Assembly: GCA_021780375.1 (NCBI GenBank)
Contig: JAJXYT010000127.1
Span: 9,524-73,523, forward strand
Length of the DNA stretch: 64,000 bases
Direction: 5' to 3'
From: a bacterium
GTDB lineage: Bacteria > Verrucomicrobiota > Verrucomicrobiia > Limisphaerales > UBA11358
Shown here: piece after piece, positions 18,725 through 26,842 of the stretch
How positions within the stretch are numbered: the first letter of the stretch is position 1
Layout of the letters: each line of letters opens with the position of its first letter
Made by a program: the position numbers and the translations under genes
Notes under the pieces: generated by a model
Databases searched by the model: none
Seen by the model: only the letters and a program-made list of their open reading frames with translations
Told to the model about the DNA's origin: nothing

Positions 18725-18895
18725 TCACATCTCCAGGTTCATGGCCGGCTGCCGGCAGGCCTCGTTTTTGACGTTCACCAGCCTTTGGGCGAGTGCAAGG
18801 TCTCCGGTTTGAACGCTGGTCTGCCGGTTCTTCTCGACCTCCCGGCAGTCGAAATTCCCGTTGCCCCGCCTGAACAGATGGTTGGGCTGTTTCAT
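18725..18895 (-). pseudogene. Possible remnant of a tyrosine-integrase N-terminal (arm-binding) region
   Basis: A 56-aa frame (below the track cutoff) reads MKQPNHLFRRGNGNFDCREVEKNRQTSVQTGDLALAQRLVNVKNEA... The pattern LFRRG.G.(F/Y)..R......R.TS..T.D...A resembles the beginning of many phage-type integrases. No catalytic domain follows. It sits 166 bp from the distal tRNA-derived repeat. Confidence 0.25.
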
Positions 18896-19060
18896 GGGCT
18901 TTACGCTTTTTCAAGCCTGCTCCACAGTTCATCCGGGTGGTTAACGACTTCTGACAGGCTTTTGAGTGACTAAGTGATGCCAGCGCACCATTCATCGAGC
19001 GTCTCACTGACAATTGACGGTCGTGGCTTTCCAACCTTCTCCCTGGCAACCATCTGCAGA

Positions 19061-19084
19061 TGGAGCCAATGGCCGGGATTGAAC
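19061..19084. repeat. Distal att-like direct repeat (copy of the last 24 nt of tRNA-Thr)
   Basis: TGGAGCCAATGGCCGGGATTGAAC is identical to 30618-30641. The flanking sequence on both sides is unrelated. Confidence 0.8.
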
Positions 19085-19448
19085 AAACCCGCAGCGCACA
19101 AGCTCCTCAAAATCAAACGCCTATGGCATCGCTGATGTATTGACTGCAAAGCTGTTGCGTTTTATGTCAAGGATAACTCCATCCGACTTCTTTTAACTCC
19201 ATTTAACCCTCACCAAATGCGGTTTGCTGGCATTCCTGCCGGCACTTTTCAGCCGCCGTTTACATTTACCGGCGTAAAAAGTTCGAGGACGTGGCTCAAT
19301 GGCGGCATCCGGTGCATGTTCCGGAGTAACAAAACTCAAAGAGAGCGCAAAGGAATTGGGGTTGGAACCAGACCTATGGTCTTATGCAATTATTGGTCCC
19401 GTCCGTTACGTGGAAAATAAAATTCCCATCTTATAAATTCTCTCCCGA

Positions 19449-20516
19449 TTATTTCATCTGTGCCAGAATCTGGTCGGTGATGGCCTTCACCGCGGCCTCA
19501 GCTTCTGGATCGAGGCCGGCCGTAGTTTTGGCATTCGCGTCCACAGCGCAGGTGACGCCGGGGCGCCATTCCGCATTGTCACAGAGTTCGCATTCCTTCA
19601 TGCCGTAGCGCGGGTCCACGTAGCCGAGACTCTGCTTGATTTTGAGCAGGTCCTGAAGCTGGCCCGGCGTGAAGGTGTTCGGCGTTTTGCCGAGCTGCGC
19701 GGTGACCAGCAGGTTGCGGCAATACGCCTCAACGATTTCCACGCGCCAGTAGGCTTCCTCCAGATTGTTGTGGCTCCACGTCACGACGCCGTGGTTGGCC
19801 ATCAGGATCGTATTGTGCTTGTCCACCAGTTCAGCGACGAGCTTGCCCATTTCCGGCGTGCCGGGCGTGCGATACGGCGCCAAGGCCACGCTCAAAAACA
19901 CCTCGTATTCCGGGATCATGCACGTCGGCGGCACAATGCCCGCGATGGCGAATCCGGTGGCATAGGGCGGATGACAATGGCATGAGGCCACCGCCTTGGG
20001 CTGCTTTTGCATGATCTGCAAGTGCATCAAGATTTCACTGGTGCGTTTCTTGACGCCGCAGAGTTGGTTGCCCTCAAAATCCACGAGACACATGTCCTCC
20101 GGCTTGAGCGACCCCTTGCTGACGAGCGTCGGCGTGCAAATCGCGATGTCTTCGCCCGCGCGAATAACCATGTTGCCGCCATTGCCGTCCACGTAGGCGC
20201 GCTGCCAGAGACGACGGCCGATTTCGCACATCTGCTCCTTCAAACTGTGCGCGTAAGACGAATGGAAAAAGGCCTCCAATTCCGATCGGGACGACTTCGA
20301 ACTCAGCGGCCGGGAAGGCGGCGCGGGTTTGTCCCCGTTCGCAATGACACCGGAGTTGTTTTTGTCGGCGGTTACTTTCGTTCCGCCATTGGTTTCCAGT
20401 TCAAAAAGAAGGTCACGCGCGGACGGCGTGAGGATGGCATCGGCCGGAAGATTCTTCACGTCCTGGCCGCTACGAACCATTTCCCGCACATCCCGAACAC
20501 TGATAATCCTGTTCAT
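19449..20516 (-). CDS. Class II aldolase (fuculose/rhamnulose-1-phosphate aldolase-like), BMC-associated, with N-terminal extension and C-terminal encapsulation-peptide-like helix
   Basis: The class II aldolase/adducin core runs GNGGNMVIRAG...HCHPPYATGFAI...LMANHGVVTW. Start is set at ATG 20516 (MNRIISVRDV...), 16 nt after the upstream stop. The C-terminus EAEAAVKAITDQILAQMK is amphipathic. Confidence 0.85.
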   Translation of the reverse strand: MNRIISVRDVREMVRSGQDVKNLPADAILTPSARDLLFELETNGGTKVTADKNNSGVIANGDKPAPPSRPLSSKSSRSELEAFFHSSYAHSLKEQMCEIGRRLWQRAYVDGNGGNMVIRAGEDIAICTPTLVSKGSLKPEDMCLVDFEGNQLCGVKKRTSEILMHLQIMQKQPKAVASCHCHPPYATGFAIAGIVPPTCMIPEYEVFLSVALAPYRTPGTPEMGKLVAELVDKHNTILMANHGVVTWSHNNLEEAYWRVEIVEAYCRNLLVTAQLGKTPNTFTPGQLQDLLKIKQSLGYVDPRYGMKECELCDNAEWRPGVTCAVDANAKTTAGLDPEAEAAVKAITDQILAQMK

Positions 20517-20532
20517 AAAATCAAAATCCAAC

Positions 20533-20838
20533 TCAGCCCCGCCACGGGCTGTAAAACATTTCGTCCACGAGCACGGTGTTGATTGCGTCCACCGGTGTCG
20601 GCCGGGCAAACGGCTGGGCGGCCTCGCGGCCTTCCTCGTAACCAATGATTTGCCGCGCGTCTGCGCCCAGATCGTCGTAAACGACAAGGCTGGGGTCTTG
20701 GCCCATGCCCGCGGGCGCGTTGAGACCGGCGGCGAACTGCTCGCGGCTGAATGGACTGACGATCAAAAATCTCCCGCCTTTGAGCGAGTCCATGGCCTGG
20801 CTCAAAGTCACCCGGCCGATGACGGTTCCGAGTTTCAT
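20533..20838 (-). CDS. BMC-P pentameric vertex protein (EutN/CcmL family), paralog 3
   Basis: MKLGTVIGRVTLSQAMDSLKGGRFLIVSP...PVDAINTVLVDEM is consistent with the EutN fold. The ATGA start/stop overlap with the upstream BMC-P at 20835-20838 suggests translational coupling. Confidence 0.8.
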   Translation of the reverse strand: MKLGTVIGRVTLSQAMDSLKGGRFLIVSPFSREQFAAGLNAPAGMGQDPSLVVYDDLGADARQIIGYEEGREAAQPFARPTPVDAINTVLVDEMFYSPWRG

Positions 20839-21113
20839 ATTCTTTTTCCGGGTTCGTGTTCGTCCACGATGCCAATCACCAGCCAGCGCACCGGGCTTCG
20901 GTCGTCGCCCACCGCCCGCCGTGCCGCCAAACCGTCCGACGAAATGATCACTGCCTGGTGCATCCCCGCGCCGTGCGAATCTATCGCCAACTGCGGCGCG
21001 CCTTCCGGCTTGCCGCTCGCGCCGACGGGCTGGCAAATGACGAGACGCCAGCCGTGGAGACTCGGATGCTTCCGGGTCGCCACGACGTTGCCTTCAACGC
21101 GCGCGAGCAGCAT
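20835..21113 (-). CDS. BMC-P pentameric vertex protein (EutN/CcmL family), paralog 2
   Basis: MLLARVEGNVVATRKHPSLHGWRLVICQPV...AIDSHGAGMHQAVIISSDG...WLVIGIVDE matches the EutN family. Confidence 0.9.
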   Translation of the reverse strand: MLLARVEGNVVATRKHPSLHGWRLVICQPVGASGKPEGAPQLAIDSHGAGMHQAVIISSDGLAARRAVGDDRSPVRWLVIGIVDEHEPGKRI

Positions 21114-21116
21114 AAA

Positions 21117-22631
21117 TCAATAGATCCTCAATTGGTCCACCATCACGCAGCGGCGGACGCGTGTAAATGTGCGCGGATTTGTCACCCCTTCGCCGGTCGG
21201 CGTGGCGATGGAATAGCTCAAGTAACCTTCGCCGCCCAGGCCAAGGCCAGCCATGCACGGGCCATTCTTGATGAATAGCGTCGTGTCCAGCGCACGTGCC
21301 ATCGCTGTCATGTTTTCCACGTCATGCGAATGGATGATGCTCGTATGTTTGTACCCGTGCTCGGCTTTCAGTGCGTGTTCAATACCTTCCTCTATGCTCT
21401 GCACACGGACAATGGGCACAAATGGCATCATTTGTTCCTCTTCGACGAATGGATGGTTTGCGTCCGTTTCGGCGAACAGCAATTGCGTGTCCGGCCGGAT
21501 GTCCACGCCCGCCGCGCGCGCGAGGATAACCGGGTCTTTGCCAATGAATTCTTTGTTTACGCTCGCGCGGGCGCAACCACCGCCCTGGCCATCCGTGATG
21601 GTAAAGGCCGCCTTCGTCAACTGGTCGAGCTGCGCGGAATTCAGCTTCATTCCGCCATTTTCCGACATTTGTTGGATCAGATTATCGGCCACGTGGTCGA
21701 GCACGAAAATTTCCTTTTCGCCGATGCACAGCAGATTGTTGTCGTATGCGGCGCCGGCGATGATTGCCCGGGCGGCGCGCTTCAGACAGCAGGTGTCGTC
21801 CACGAACACCGGCGGATTGCCGGGGCCGGCGCAGATGGCACGCTTGCCCGTTTGCATGGCGGCTTTCACGACTGCCGGACCGCCGGTGACCAGCAGCAAC
21901 CGGACGGATTCGTGTTTGCAAATTGCATTGAAACTTTCGAGGGTTGGCTTTTCGACAAGGCAGGCGATATTCTCGATGCCCGTTTCACGGTAAATCGCTT
22001 CATTGTAGGTCCGCACCGCGTGGGCGGCGCAACGCGCGGCGCCCGGATGCGGATTGAAAACCACCGCGTTGCCGGCGGCGGCGATGTTCACAATGTTGCC
22101 GGTCATCGTCGGCACCGAATGCGTGCTGGGCGTGACCGCGCCGACGACGCCGAACGGCGTGTACTCTTCCAGCGTGATGCCGTGATCACCGCTCCGGCCG
22201 TCCGGATGGAGCCAGTCCACGCCGGGCACCAGCTTGATGATTTTCAACTTCTCGATTTTGTGATCCAGCCGGCCGATGTTGGTCTCGTCAAGTTCCAGCT
22301 TGCCCCACGCCTCGGCGTTTTTTCCGGCGAGGGTCTTGACAATTTCCTCAATTTTTCGGCGGGCTTCGATCCCTTTTTGTTTGAGCTGCAAATAAGCTTC
22401 CTGGGCGGCGGCACAAGCTTCATTCGCATCCTGAAACACACCGAATTTGCCGCGCAGGGAGACGTTCGCTGCGGAAGATTTCCTCGTTTCGCAACCGCAC
22501 GCTGGCGTTAGTGCGCGCCGTGGGGCGGACGGAGCCGGGAGCGGCCTGGCATCCGCGCCCGGGGCGCTGCCCAATTTGCCGAGCACTTCGGCCACCACGT
22601 CGCGGATCAAAGTTTCGTTCACGGCATTCAT
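21117..22631 (-). CDS. CoA-acylating aldehyde dehydrogenase (PduP/EutE family) with N-terminal encapsulation peptide
   Basis: 504-aa ALDH-fold protein (GGPAVVKAAMQTGKRAICAGPGNPP, catalytic Cys region NNLLCIGEKE). The N-terminal MNAVNETLIRDVVAEVLGKLG is a classic amphipathic encapsulation-peptide-like helix followed by a linker. Confidence 0.9.
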   Translation of the reverse strand: MNAVNETLIRDVVAEVLGKLGSAPGADARPLPAPSAPRRALTPACGCETRKSSAANVSLRGKFGVFQDANEACAAAQEAYLQLKQKGIEARRKIEEIVKTLAGKNAEAWGKLELDETNIGRLDHKIEKLKIIKLVPGVDWLHPDGRSGDHGITLEEYTPFGVVGAVTPSTHSVPTMTGNIVNIAAAGNAVVFNPHPGAARCAAHAVRTYNEAIYRETGIENIACLVEKPTLESFNAICKHESVRLLLVTGGPAVVKAAMQTGKRAICAGPGNPPVFVDDTCCLKRAARAIIAGAAYDNNLLCIGEKEIFVLDHVADNLIQQMSENGGMKLNSAQLDQLTKAAFTITDGQGGGCARASVNKEFIGKDPVILARAAGVDIRPDTQLLFAETDANHPFVEEEQMMPFVPIVRVQSIEEGIEHALKAEHGYKHTSIIHSHDVENMTAMARALDTTLFIKNGPCMAGLGLGGEGYLSYSIATPTGEGVTNPRTFTRVRRCVMVDQLRIY

Positions 22632-22638
22632 GATTCAA

Positions 22639-22953
22639 TCACTGCGACTTCGCACTAAAGATTTGTTTTCCGAAGACATCCACGGTGTCCACGATGCCGA
22701 TGATGACGGCATCCACCGGCGCCTCCTTCAGGCCTGGCGCCAGGCGCGAGCTGCTGCCCTGGCAGAACAAAACCATCTCGCCTTCGCCGCAGCCGACGCT
22801 GTCCACGGCCACGATGGTGTTCACACCCGGACGGAATTTCGCCGGGTTCTTTTCGTCCACGAGTTGCGGACGGAGCAACAAGAGTTTGCGCCCCGACAGG
22901 TTCGGGCTTTTCTTGGTGGCGACCACGGTGCCTTCGACTTTGGCCAGAAACAT
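22639..22953 (-). CDS. BMC-P pentameric vertex protein (EutN/CcmL family), paralog 1
   Basis: MFLAKVEGTVVATKKSPNLSGRKLLLLRPQ...AVDSVGCGEGEMVLFCQGSS...AVIIGIVDTVD matches the EutN family. Start is set at the internal ATG 22953. Confidence 0.85.
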   Translation of the reverse strand: MFLAKVEGTVVATKKSPNLSGRKLLLLRPQLVDEKNPAKFRPGVNTIVAVDSVGCGEGEMVLFCQGSSSRLAPGLKEAPVDAVIIGIVDTVDVFGKQIFSAKSQ

Positions 22954-23040
22954 AAATGTTGGGCAGTTAGGAGACGGGAGTTGGAACTCAGGAATAACAG
23001 CGGGTAAAAACCCATCTGCCATCCGCCAACTCCAATCCGC

Positions 23041-23322
23041 TTATTTCTTTTTCGGCAACACCGCCTCGACATCGTTGTGCGGACGGGCGATGACATGAAC
23101 GCTAACCAGCTCGCCTTTGATGGCTTTGATAGCCTGTGCGCCGGCGTCCGTCGCCGCCTTGACCGCGGCGACGTCGCCAACGACACACGCTGTGACGAGC
23201 GCATTGCCGACCTGCGTCACCGGGCCGACCAGTTCGACATTGGCGGCCTTGAGCATGGCATCCGTGCCCTCGACGAGGGCGACGAGTCCGCGTGTTTCAA
23301 TGAGTCCGATTGCTTGTGGCAT
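23041..23322 (-). CDS. BMC-H hexameric shell protein (PduA/EutM type, Pfam00936-like)
   Basis: MPQAIGLIETRGLVALVEGTDAMLKAANVELVG...[14 protein letters not shown]...VSVHVIARPH is a canonical BMC domain. Confidence 0.95.
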   Translation of the reverse strand: MPQAIGLIETRGLVALVEGTDAMLKAANVELVGPVTQVGNALVTACVVGDVAAVKAATDAGAQAIKAIKGELVSVHVIARPHNDVEAVLPKKK

Positions 23323-23360
23323 AGTTTTATTTCGTTGATGGTTGAACCTTGTTCGTTAAA

Positions 23361-24551
23361 TCAATTTTTCTTCGCTTCCAAAAATCGCTTGGCTTCGCGC
23401 GCCACAACCAGTTCCTCGTTCGCGGGAATGACAAACAATTTTACCGCCGAATCCGCGGTGCTGATAACGGCTTCGGCCGCGCGCGCGGAGTTGTTCCTGC
23501 CCGCATCCAGTTTGATTCCGAGGTTTTCCAGGTTCGTGCAAATCGCCGCGCGCAACGCCGGATGGTTCTCCCCCGTGCCGGCGGTGAACACCATGGCATC
23601 CGCGCCGTTCAATTCCAGGAAATAGCTGCCGATCCAATGCCGCGCGCTGGCGACGAAAACGTCGAGCGCAAGTTTGGCCCTGGTGTTTCCTTTGGCTGCC
23701 GCAGCGGTGATGTCGCGCACGTCGTTGGAAACGCCGCTCAATCCGAGCAACCCGGACTGTTTTGTGAGCTGTTCCCGCGCTTTTTCCACGCTCAGGCCGA
23801 GGGTTTTCATGGCGTAAGGCAGGGCCTCGGCGTCAAGGTCGCCGACGCGGTTGTTCTGCGGCAGGCCGGATTGCGGGCTCATGCCCATGCTCGTGCCGAT
23901 GGAGACGCCGTTCAGGACCCCGGTGATGCTTGAACTGCCACCCAAATGGCAGGAAATCACCCGCAACGGCGCGCCGGAAATTTTCGCCGGGCCGCTCTGG
24001 ACGTATAGCTGCCGCGCGCGCTCGGCCACGTCGGGCCGGCCGAGCAGCTCCGCCGAACGCTCGGCAATGAACTTGTGGCTCGCCCCGTGAAAACCCCAAC
24101 GGCGAATGCCAATGTTCAGCCATGCTTCCGGCACGGCGTAGCGTTGGGAAGCTTCGGGCGCAAACTGGTGAAACGCCGTTTCAAACAATCCAATGAGCGG
24201 GACGCGGGGCACACGTTGCGCAAATAGCTTGATGCCGGCGAGGTACGACGGATTGTGCGCGGGCGCAAGGGCGCTGTAATCGGCCATCGCCTGCAACACG
24301 CGCTGGTCCAGCTCCACGCAGCCGGTGATATTTTTGGCGATGACGGTTTTGAAGCCGACCGCGCTCAACTCACCTTCGCCCTGAATCGCGTTCGTTTTTT
24401 TCAACTCAACCAGACAATCCTCAATCGCCCGGGAGTAATCCGTCACCCGCTCGAAGCCGCCTTCATGCACAAGGCGCTCGGCGCTGTTTGAAAAGTCAAA
24501 CAGGCGCCACTTCAGCGAAGTCGAACCAATGTTGGCGACAAGGATCTTCAT
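23361..24551 (-). CDS. ackA: Acetate/propionate kinase family protein (BMC-locus acyl-phosphate kinase)
   Basis: MKILVANIGSTSLKWRLFDF..., RRWGFHGASH and ISCHLGGSSS are acetate kinase signatures. The true start is ATG 24551; the 108 upstream codons in the track ORF are Arg-rich shadow. Confidence 0.9.
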   Translation of the reverse strand: MKILVANIGSTSLKWRLFDFSNSAERLVHEGGFERVTDYSRAIEDCLVELKKTNAIQGEGELSAVGFKTVIAKNITGCVELDQRVLQAMADYSALAPAHNPSYLAGIKLFAQRVPRVPLIGLFETAFHQFAPEASQRYAVPEAWLNIGIRRWGFHGASHKFIAERSAELLGRPDVAERARQLYVQSGPAKISGAPLRVISCHLGGSSSITGVLNGVSIGTSMGMSPQSGLPQNNRVGDLDAEALPYAMKTLGLSVEKAREQLTKQSGLLGLSGVSNDVRDITAAAAKGNTRAKLALDVFVASARHWIGSYFLELNGADAMVFTAGTGENHPALRAAICTNLENLGIKLDAGRNNSARAAEAVISTADSAVKLFVIPANEELVVAREAKRFLEAKKN

Positions 24552-24637
24552 ATTGGCAATCTTGGATTCATGATTTGCGAGTGTTACTGACGCACGGAAT
24601 TTTCCCGGCGCGTCCCGCATCAATCGCAACCCATAAA

Positions 24638-24916
24638 TCACTCCAGCCACTTGCCCAGTCCGCTCAATCCTTCGTGCGGGCGCGGAATCACCTGGACGCT
24701 GACAACCGAGCCGACTTGCGACGCGGCGGCGGCGCCCGAATCCGTCGCGGCCTTGACGGCGGCAACGTCGCCGCGGAAAAACACAGTGACGTATCCGCTG
24801 CCGATTTTTTCCCAGCCGGTGATATGGACGCTTGCGGATTTTAGCGCGGCATCGGCGGCCTCCATGGCCGCGCAAAATCCCTTGGTTTCAATCATGCCCA
24901 CAGCTTGCTTTGACAT
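24638..24916 (-). CDS. BMC-H hexameric shell protein
   Basis: [61 protein letters not shown]...VQVIPRPH is a BMC domain. Only the last 92 codons of the 191-aa track ORF are real. Confidence 0.9.
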   Translation of the reverse strand: MSKQAVGMIETKGFCAAMEAADAALKSASVHITGWEKIGSGYVTVFFRGDVAAVKAATDSGAAAASQVGSVVSVQVIPRPHEGLSGLGKWLE

Positions 24917-24950
24917 AAATGTGAATGGTTTGGGTTGTGTGTTGAGATAA

Positions 24951-25235
24951 TCATTTCTTTGCGCCCTGGCCGAGGAAGGCCTGGAGCAATTCGTCATGAG
25001 GGCGCGCAATGACGTGCGAACAAATGAGTTCGCCGACTTTGGCCGCAGCCCTGGCGCCGGCGTCCACTGCGGCCTTGATGCTGCCGACGTCACCCCTGGC
25101 GAGGACGGTGATGAGCCCGCCACCGATGGGGATGGTTTTGACCAACGTGACGTTGGCCGCCTTGACCATGGCGTCGCTGGCTTCCACACTGCCAACGTAG
25201 CCCTTGGTTTCAATCATTCCTATTGCTTCACTCAT
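24951..25235 (-). CDS. BMC-H hexameric shell protein
   Basis: [34 protein letters not shown]...[14 protein letters not shown]...SHVIARPH is a BMC domain. Confidence 0.95.
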   Translation of the reverse strand: MSEAIGMIETKGYVGSVEASDAMVKAANVTLVKTIPIGGGLITVLARGDVGSIKAAVDAGARAAAKVGELICSHVIARPHDELLQAFLGQGAKK

Positions 25236-25281
25236 GTTTTGTTTTGGTTGCTGGTTGAGGTTGTCGAAAATGTTCCGGCAA

Positions 25282-25959
25282 TCATTTGACGAGTTCTACC
25301 GGTGTGTCCGGTTCCAGGTTGCACGCGTTGCCCTCGTCGGTGTCAATGTGGACCTCCAGTTTGAACACCTTGTCCACCCGGCAAAGCATTTTGTCGAGGA
25401 AGATGCCGCACTCGCCGCCAATTTTGAGCTTTATGGCATCGCCGCCTTTTACACCGTAAAATTCCGCGTCCGCCGGGCTCAGGTGCACGTGCCGCATCGC
25501 GCGAATGACGCCCTGCTCCATTTCAAAAAAACCTGCCGGCCCCATCAACATCGCCCCGGGCGTGCCTTGAATGTTGCCCGAAAGCCGCAGGGGAACGTTG
25601 AAGCCAAGCGCGATGGCGTCGCTATAGGCCAGTTCCACCTGATTCAAATTCCGGCACGGGCCGAGGATGCGCAGATTGGAGATCACGCGGCTGCGCGGGC
25701 CGATGAGTGTGACCGTTTCCTTTGCCGCGAACTGGCCTTCCTGATAAAGCCATTTGTGCACGCCAAGTTGGTGGCCCTTGCCAAAAAGAAGTTCCACGGT
25801 TTCAGGCGTGAGGTGGCAATGCCGCGCGCTAACGTTGACGACCAGCGGATTCGGCGCCACAGCCACACGCGGCAACGGTTTGCCCAAGCGCGCGTAAACT
25901 GCCCGTCGGACGAGATGTTCGACCACAGCGCGATGAGGTGCAGGCATCACGGCATTCAT
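25282..25959 (-). CDS. pduL: PduL-type phosphotransacylase with N-terminal extension
   Basis: Two PduL repeats are present: [20 protein letters not shown] and [18 protein letters not shown]. The N-terminal [18 protein letters not shown] is amphipathic and encapsulation-peptide-like. Confidence 0.9.
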   Translation of the reverse strand: MNAVMPAPHRAVVEHLVRRAVYARLGKPLPRVAVAPNPLVVNVSARHCHLTPETVELLFGKGHQLGVHKWLYQEGQFAAKETVTLIGPRSRVISNLRILGPCRNLNQVELAYSDAIALGFNVPLRLSGNIQGTPGAMLMGPAGFFEMEQGVIRAMRHVHLSPADAEFYGVKGGDAIKLKIGGECGIFLDKMLCRVDKVFKLEVHIDTDEGNACNLEPDTPVELVK

Positions 25960-25962
25960 AAA

Positions 25963-26033
25963 AATCTGATTGAAATTGACAGATTATGAAATAAAGTCAA
26001 CATTTTTCTTGCAAAATATTCCACAATCTGTCA
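25963..26033. promoter_or_regulatory. AT-rich divergent promoter region with AATCTG/CAGATT words (candidate DeoR operator)
   Basis: AATCTGATT (25963), TGACAGATT (25977) and its inverted partner AATCTGTCA (26025) lie in the 86-bp gap between pduL (minus) and the DeoR gene (plus). Confidence 0.3.
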
Positions 26034-26045
26034 CTCTAGTGAAAA

Positions 26046-26834
26046 ATGACGGCAGAAGAGCGTAAACATCGCATTGAAACCTATCTTCAACGGGTTGAAT
26101 TCGCGTCACTGGAGGAATTATCCCGGCATGTGAATGCCTCTATTTCCACCATTCGGCGCGATTTAACAACGCTCGAAGCGGCAGGAAATTTGCGCCGCAC
26201 TCATGGTGGCGCACGCTTGGTGACACCAAAGACCGACGAATTTGCGTTTACGGCACGCGATACACACCAGGTTTCGGAAAAGGAAGCCATCGGCAAAGCC
26301 TGCGCCGCACTGATTGACGCGAACCAAAGCGTGATTCTCGACGCGGGGACGACGGTTTATCACGTCGCACGGCATCTCGAAGAAAGGGCACTGCAGATCG
26401 TGACGAACTCTCTGCCAGTCGCAAATCTTTTTGCCTCCGCAAACAAGATGGAAATCATTCTGGCGGGCGGGGTGATTTATCCGCGACTTGGCGTGCTGGT
26501 CGGGCCGATGACGGTCGAAGCGTATTCCAAGCTGCGTGCCAGCGTGGCGATCATGGGCGCGGGCGGCATTACGCTTGAAGGCATCACGAATTCGCACGCG
26601 CTGTTGATTGACATCCAGCGCGCGATGCTGAAAGCGGCACAGAAAATCATTTTTTGTCTCGACCACACAAAATTTGGGCGGCCGTCCGTCTCCCCACTCT
26701 GCGAACTCGACCGGGCGGACACCATCGTCACAGACAGCCACGCCCCGCAAGAGCTAGTTGCTGGTTTGCGTGCACGGGGAATCGAAGTGATTGTGGCGCC
26801 GGAAACACCAGACCGGCTGGACAACTGCGGATAG
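26046..26834 (+). CDS. DeoR-family transcriptional regulator
   Basis: The N-terminal HTH is EELSRHVNASISTIRRDLTTLEAAGNLRRTHGGA. The C-terminal DeoR sugar-phosphate sensor domain includes SVILDAGTTVYHVARHL and IVTNSLPVA. Confidence 0.9.
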   Translation: MTAEERKHRIETYLQRVEFASLEELSRHVNASISTIRRDLTTLEAAGNLRRTHGGARLVTPKTDEFAFTARDTHQVSEKEAIGKACAALIDANQSVILDAGTTVYHVARHLEERALQIVTNSLPVANLFASANKMEIILAGGVIYPRLGVLVGPMTVEAYSKLRASVAIMGAGGITLEGITNSHALLIDIQRAMLKAAQKIIFCLDHTKFGRPSVSPLCELDRADTIVTDSHAPQELVAGLRARGIEVIVAPETPDRLDNCG

Positions 26835-26842
26835 AATTAAAA

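Noticed and set aside
18618-19049. 143-aa minus-strand ORF between the AraC gene and the distal att-like repeat
   Set aside because: It shows Arg/Pro/Gly-rich composition, no motif, and no convincing start context. Only a different frame within it (18725-18895) shows any protein-like pattern, the possible integrase remnant.
19085-19448. 364-bp non-coding stretch at the distal end of the island, checked for pseudogenes or an sRNA
   Set aside because: Six-frame reading gave only a compositionally odd 67-aa ORF (19217-19420). No motif, no strong hairpin with a U-run, and no repeat relationship to other parts of the window were found.
26654-26842. Upstream extension of the RnfC/PduS-like ORF overlapping the DeoR gene
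   Set aside because: It overlaps the 3' end of a well-supported DeoR gene in another frame. The conserved RnfC-like sequence starts right after ATG 26843, which has an A-rich upstream context.
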